In this document: piece by piece, positions 59,159 to 64,000 of the stretch
How positions within the stretch are numbered: position 1 is the stretch's first letter
Layout of the letters: each line of letters begins with the position of its first letter
Origin: Nemertoderma westbladi
Lineage: Eukaryota > Animalia > Xenacoelomorpha
Assembly: GCA_032718475.1 (NCBI GenBank)
Contig: JAUCBJ010003070.1
Coordinates: 1-64,000, forward strand
Reading direction: 5' to 3'
Length of the DNA stretch: 64,000 nucleotides
Notes under the pieces: generated by a model
Told to the model about the DNA's origin: nothing
Database searches by the model: none
The model's input: the letters and a program-made list of their open reading frames with translations, nothing else
Translations under genes and position numbers: made by a program

Positions 59159-61150
59159 CTAGCACGCTATATCCGAGGCATGTTACCCGGTATTTCCCGC
59201 TACCAGCATAGGCCTACTGGCGTACTGGTACAGGTATAGGCCTACTGACGTACCGGTACCGAACGTGAATTAAACTTCGCAATAATTTTTATTGTCCGTT
59301 TAAATCCTTTTTTTGTCCTTATTTTTTGATTTTTTATGTCCTCCAAAAGTCTAATGTTAGGTTCCATGCTACCGGTTTCTCTACTGCTGTTCTCTCAGGC
59401 TATCAGTACCGGTATTAGTATATATAGCACTATTTTGCTGTATTGTATGTACAGATGTAGGTATAATGCAGGTATTTCTGTATTTTAGTACCGGCACCGG
59501 TACTGCTATAGGCCTACTGTGTAGCCTACCATTTAAATACGGTAATGGTAGGCCTACCGGTTGTGCTAATAAATTTTAAATAATTGATAGGCCAAACTGG
59601 ATTGCAGGATTGTGGAAAATGTGGATATACCTTTCACATAATTTAGGCCTATTACTGTATTAGTTTTATAATCAATAATGGATCATGACTACTGTCTGAG
59701 TAGTGTTACGGATAACCTGCTCCTTTCCCTGATTTGGTAAAGTGACTGTTTATTGTTTTGGTTAGAAAATCCGGCCTTAACCTGCTCCTTTCCATCAATT
59801 AGTTAAGTGATCGTTTATTGTTTTGGTTAGAAAATCCCGCCTCTGTAACCTGCTCCTCTCCCTCAATTGGTAATGTTATCGTTTATTGTTTTGGTTGGAA
59901 AATCCCGCCTCTGTAACCTGCTCCTTTCTCTCAATTGGTAATGTTATCGTTTATTGTTTTGGTTAGAAAATCCCGTCTCCGTAACCTGCTCCTTTCCCTC
60001 AATTAGTTAAATGATCGTTTATTGTTTTGGTTAGAAAATCCCGCCTCTGTAACCTGCCCCTTTCCCTCAATTAGTTAAATGATCGTTTATTGTTTTGGTT
60101 AGAAAATCCCGCCTCTGTAACCTGCCCCTTTCCCTCAATTAGTTAAATGATCGTTTATTGTTTTGGTTAGAAAATCCCGCATCTGTAACCTGCTCCTTTC
60201 CCTGAATTGGTAAAGTGACCGTTTATTGTTTTGGTTAGAAAGGCCCGCCTCTGTAACCTGCCCCTTTCCCTCAATTAGTTAAATGATCGTTTATTGTTTT
60301 GGTTAGAAAATCCCGCCTCTGTAACCTGCTCCTTTCCCTCAATTAGTTAAGTGATCGATTATTGTTTTTGTTAGAAAATTCCGCCTCTGTAACCTCTGTC
60401 CCTTTCCCTCAATTAGATAAATGATCGTTTATTGTTTTGGTTAGAAAATCCCGCCTCTGTAACCTGCTCCTTTCCCTCAATAAGTTAAGTGATCGTTTAT
60501 TGTTTTGGTTAGAAAATCCCGCCTCTGTAACCTGCTCCTTTCCCTCAATTAGTTAAGTGATCGTTTATTGGTTTGGTTAGAAAATCCCGTCTCTGTAACC
60601 TGCTCCTTTCCCTGATTTGGTAAAGTGACTGTTTATTGTTTTGGTTAGAAAACTCGGCCTTAACCTGCTCCTTTCCATCAATTGGTAATTGTTTTTGGCT
60701 TTAAAATGAGTGTTTTGCTACGTCATGTGGTATTCGATTATCGATAACAACCACAAACTATTAAATATAGAGTCTTTTTACCACAGGCGCATATGGAAAT
60801 CTATCTCATAGTCTATAAATCATGGAATCATGGAATGTTTTGGCACAGGCATAGTGAAATCAACTGTCTGACAGTCCAGAAATCAGCAGTCTGACAGTTT
60901 GAAGAAATACATACATAAAAAGTCATTAAAAGGACAATAAAAGTCATTAAAAGGACAACAAAAGTCATTATGCATAATTCGTAAAAAAAAATGACAAAAA
61001 AAGTCAAATAAAAGGACATAAAAAATCACTGCCATTAAACTTTTCGAAAAGTGGCCTATAACGACCGCTGGTTAATGTTATACACACATGCCATGTTCCA
61101 GCGCAATCCCTCTGCCTGTTTTGGAGGAGTTAGAACACACAGACACCCCA
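59159..61150 (-). mobile_element. Putative non-autonomous Helitron carrying a minisatellite
   Basis: On the minus strand an imperfect hairpin precedes CTAG|T at 59159; the other end has AAAAGTGGCCTAT...ACACACAGACA, reminiscent of Lep1-like Helitrons. A plus-strand hairpin GCCGCG-CTTTT-CGCGGC (59132-59148) makes the left boundary ambiguous. Confidence 0.4.
59713..60690 (+). repeat. 68-bp tandem repeat, 14 full units plus a partial
   Basis: Unit TAACCTGCTCCTTTCCCTCAATTAGTTAARTGATCGTTTATTGTTTTGGTTAGAAAATCCCGCCTCTG; starts at 59713, 59778, 59846 ... 60596, 60661. Confidence 0.95.
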
Positions 61151-61590
61151 AATATTTTTTTTTATCGAAAATAACATTATTGCGTTTTTTTGTACAGAAA
61201 TTAACGGCGATTTCAAATTTGAAATCGGTATTTTAATATCTCTTCTAGTTTTTGAATTACAGAAGTTCAAAAATGTGCTGTCAGTTACGAAAATTATCAA
61301 AAAATCGACATTTTTTCCGTTTTGGACAAATAAATTCAATGCTGCACTCAAAGAAATACAGTATTGCGATCTCCAATCAATTTAACATTTTGGAGGGAAA
61401 TTTGAAATTAATATTTATAGGTTTACAGTGTATATTTATAGTAGGCCTAGTTAAACCCGTTTGATTAACTCCTACTGCTGTAATTCATGTAAACGGTTAC
61501 CTACACGGTAAACTGTAATGTAACCTATCCACTTCTACCTTTATTCGTATATATTTTTGCAATATAAATAGCGTAATATTGTCAACAAGA

Positions 61591-62790
61591 ATGCCAAAAC
61601 TGGGTGGGCGGAAGGGGACTTTTGCAGGGACTAGAAAACAGGAAATCGTAAATGTTAATCTACCAGTTGAGGAGTCAGATCTGATTCCCGAAGCGAATCA
61701 GAGTTCCCACACGACTGATCGTCTTGGAGTGACTGGGGATGCATTTACGGGTCCTCTTATTGGAAGTGAAGGATTCCAGTTTGTCGAATATTCAACCATG
61801 AAGGATTGTATGTCCGACATTCATCGACATCACTGCAGCGGTGTTCTGAAGTTTACTCAAAATCTCCAAAACGGATATTATTTCAATATATTTCTTGAAT
61901 CTGAGACATGTGAATATATTTACAAATTCGAAAATGTAGTCAATGATATAAGCAATCATCCTAATGAGTCAAAGGCTGTATAAACACTCGTACTATATTA
62001 GCGTTTCTTATGATTGGGGGAACACATGACACTGCTCGAAGATTTTCGGAGGTGATGGAAATGTCAAATCCTGTCAATCATAGTCGCTGGTGAGTTACTC
62101 TTAGGCGAATTACTGATGCTGTTAGAAACCTGGCGATTGGTAATTGTTACAATGAAGCTCAGAAGCTGCGTAATAAGTATGGGGCAGATACAGGTAACCC
62201 TATCTCTGGTAATAGTGAGTCAATATATAATGTATCTGTTACTTTTGATGCCACTTGGCAGAAACGTGGGCATATGTCCCTTTACTGTGTGGCCTATGTG
62301 ATGTCTGCTGATACCGGCGCAGTTCTAGATATTTTTGTTGTCAGCAAATCATGTTATATTTGCCGCCATTATTCTAAACTTTGTACTATACACGTACCGC
62401 AACATAATTGTGACATAAATTTCCGTGGCAGTAGCAATGCCATGGAAACTTTTGCTGCGAAGCAACTTTGGGCAAGATCCATTGAAAGGAACAAGTTGCG
62501 ATATACAGAGCTGCTAAGCGATGGAGACAGAGATTTTCAAAGAGCTCCGAGAGAACCCTCCATATGGCATCGAGCACCCAGTAAAGAAATATGAGTGTAT
62601 TAACCATATCGCTAAACGAGTAACCAATGGCCTTGAATCAGTCCGTAAAGAAAAAAAGGATCGGTGGTGTGAATGGGCTCTCTCAGCCACGGATCAGACA
62701 ACTAGCCAGTTATTACCGGAACACTGTTGTTCACCATGTCTCTTCTGTAGACTACCGAACAATAGAGAACCTCATTGACACCATAATACG
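61591..62790 (+). pseudogene. DDE transposase pseudogene (Mutator-like/Kolobok-type), interrupted by an LTR insertion
   Basis: FDATWQKRGH, VLDIFVVSKSC..C, GSSNAME, LRYTELLSDGD, KYECINHIAKR, with stops and frameshifts. Confidence 0.75.
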
Positions 62791-63958
62791 TGTTCGCGCT
62801 TTTAAGACCTTTGGCAGTTTAACCCGCCAAATCTATATGTCTTCTAGGTTATAAATCGACTTTAGCCTATGACAAGTATTTGACACAAATAAATCCAACA
62901 TTAGCCGAAGCCAGTCTATGCGCGACCATTCACCCGCTGGATATACCCGGGGGACTGGATTTGGATGCTTTAATTTGATTGTGGTGCAGGCCTACCGTAC
63001 TATTCGATTGATCGTTAATATAATTCCTGACAAATATCATTCACTTTCGGGAAATATTAGCAGTTCCTTTAGGACGTGGCGCTCTATCTATATAAACAGA
63101 GCTATGGCTTACACTAAACACAACGGAATGGATTATAAGTTACACATAAGGCGCATTCTTTAGGAGATGCTTTGTTACGCGGACAAGCACATACAGACTA
63201 TTGCACACCGCTGCACACTGAATTGCCGATAGTCACTGATTTTAATCATACATAAAGAGAATAGCAACCGACATTTGTAGGGCCTATAAAATAGCATTCA
63301 ATTCACTACAAACCACGATAATATAAGTCGCAATTGCTATGTGTAGCCGGTCTCTCTAACCTTAGTGTATCAAGAAGATCGGGGTTTCTGATCGTTTATC
63401 GTTATTCTCCAAATAACAATATGTAAACAACCGATACAATTAATAACAAACAGCAAATAGCTGTAAATAATGTGCAATACGTACCGTACCGTTATGTGTT
63501 CTTAGTGTCTCGTACCGCTGTACCGGTAACAGTTATGTGTTCTTATAATTAAAGCCGTTCTAATGTTGGAATAATTCAGAATAATTCCATAGCCGATGTT
63601 CATGGCATCAGGAAAACCAACACACTGAACCCTGTGAGCTGTTGCAGGTAGCTTTCAACACAAAGAGGAAAGGCTCTCATTGGCAGAGTTCCATATTCCA
63701 CAGATTCCACGAATGTCTAAATGCCAAACCTCCCTAGCCTTTGCAGCCCATAGCCAACACAAGGCTAAATCGCTCTGATTGGTCGATCATTGTTCTGATT
63801 GGTTAATCGAACAGAACAAAGAGGCCATACGTACAGCAAATCAGCCAACCAGCGGGCAGATTGTGCCACTAGAAGCAACAGTTTAGAGGATTTGAGCGAA
63901 TGGGGGAAAACTGGATTACAAATGGAAAAGGCCAGTTATATCCCCAAAAGCTTTTACA
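62791..63958 (-). repeat. 3' LTR of a sister family of BEL-1, inverted; element continues beyond the window
   Basis: Minus strand CATTTTCTGGGAGCGG|TGTAAAAGCTT matches the BEL-1 PPT/LTR junction; the far end ...GGTTAAACTGC...AAAAGCGCGAACA matches the BEL-1 LTR end; the interior is diverged. Confidence 0.85.
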
Positions 63959-64000
63959 CCGCTCCCAGAAAATGGGATTTAATTATATAAAATATAAAAA

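Noticed and set aside
59713-60690. CRISPR-like regular repeat
   Set aside because: Units are contiguous with no unique spacers, there are no cas genes, and the context is eukaryotic: a minisatellite.

Overview
AT-rich eukaryotic (invertebrate-like) genomic DNA that is mostly transposable elements. Host genes: an 8-exon MFS transporter of the oxalate:formate antiporter-like type (minus strand, 32199-40526, 497 aa reconstructed by hand) and the last coding exon of an unidentified gene (minus strand, 9541-10510). The most striking object is a young 14.7-kb BEL/Pao-derived LTR element (13450-28194) with apparently identical 1228-bp LTRs and an ATTAT target-site duplication (TSD). It has no reverse transcriptase or integrase core, but keeps an intact 1432-aa Gag-protease ORF and an intact 1417-aa second ORF with a DEDDy-like 3'-5' exonuclease region and CCHC zinc fingers. 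A related, decayed RT-less BEL element (40816-54030) hosts a nested RTE LINE and a nested Gypsy element, and an LTR of a sister family enters at the right edge. Also present: a cluster of four non-autonomous Helitron-like elements with RFX X-box-like motifs every ~150 bp, three of them inserted into one LTR remnant; a TSD-flanked tandem array of ~683-bp units carrying a hammerhead-like core (retrozyme/Penelope-like); SINEs, MITEs, minisatellites; and a DDE transposase pseudogene. All calls are by eye from motifs; no database searches were run.
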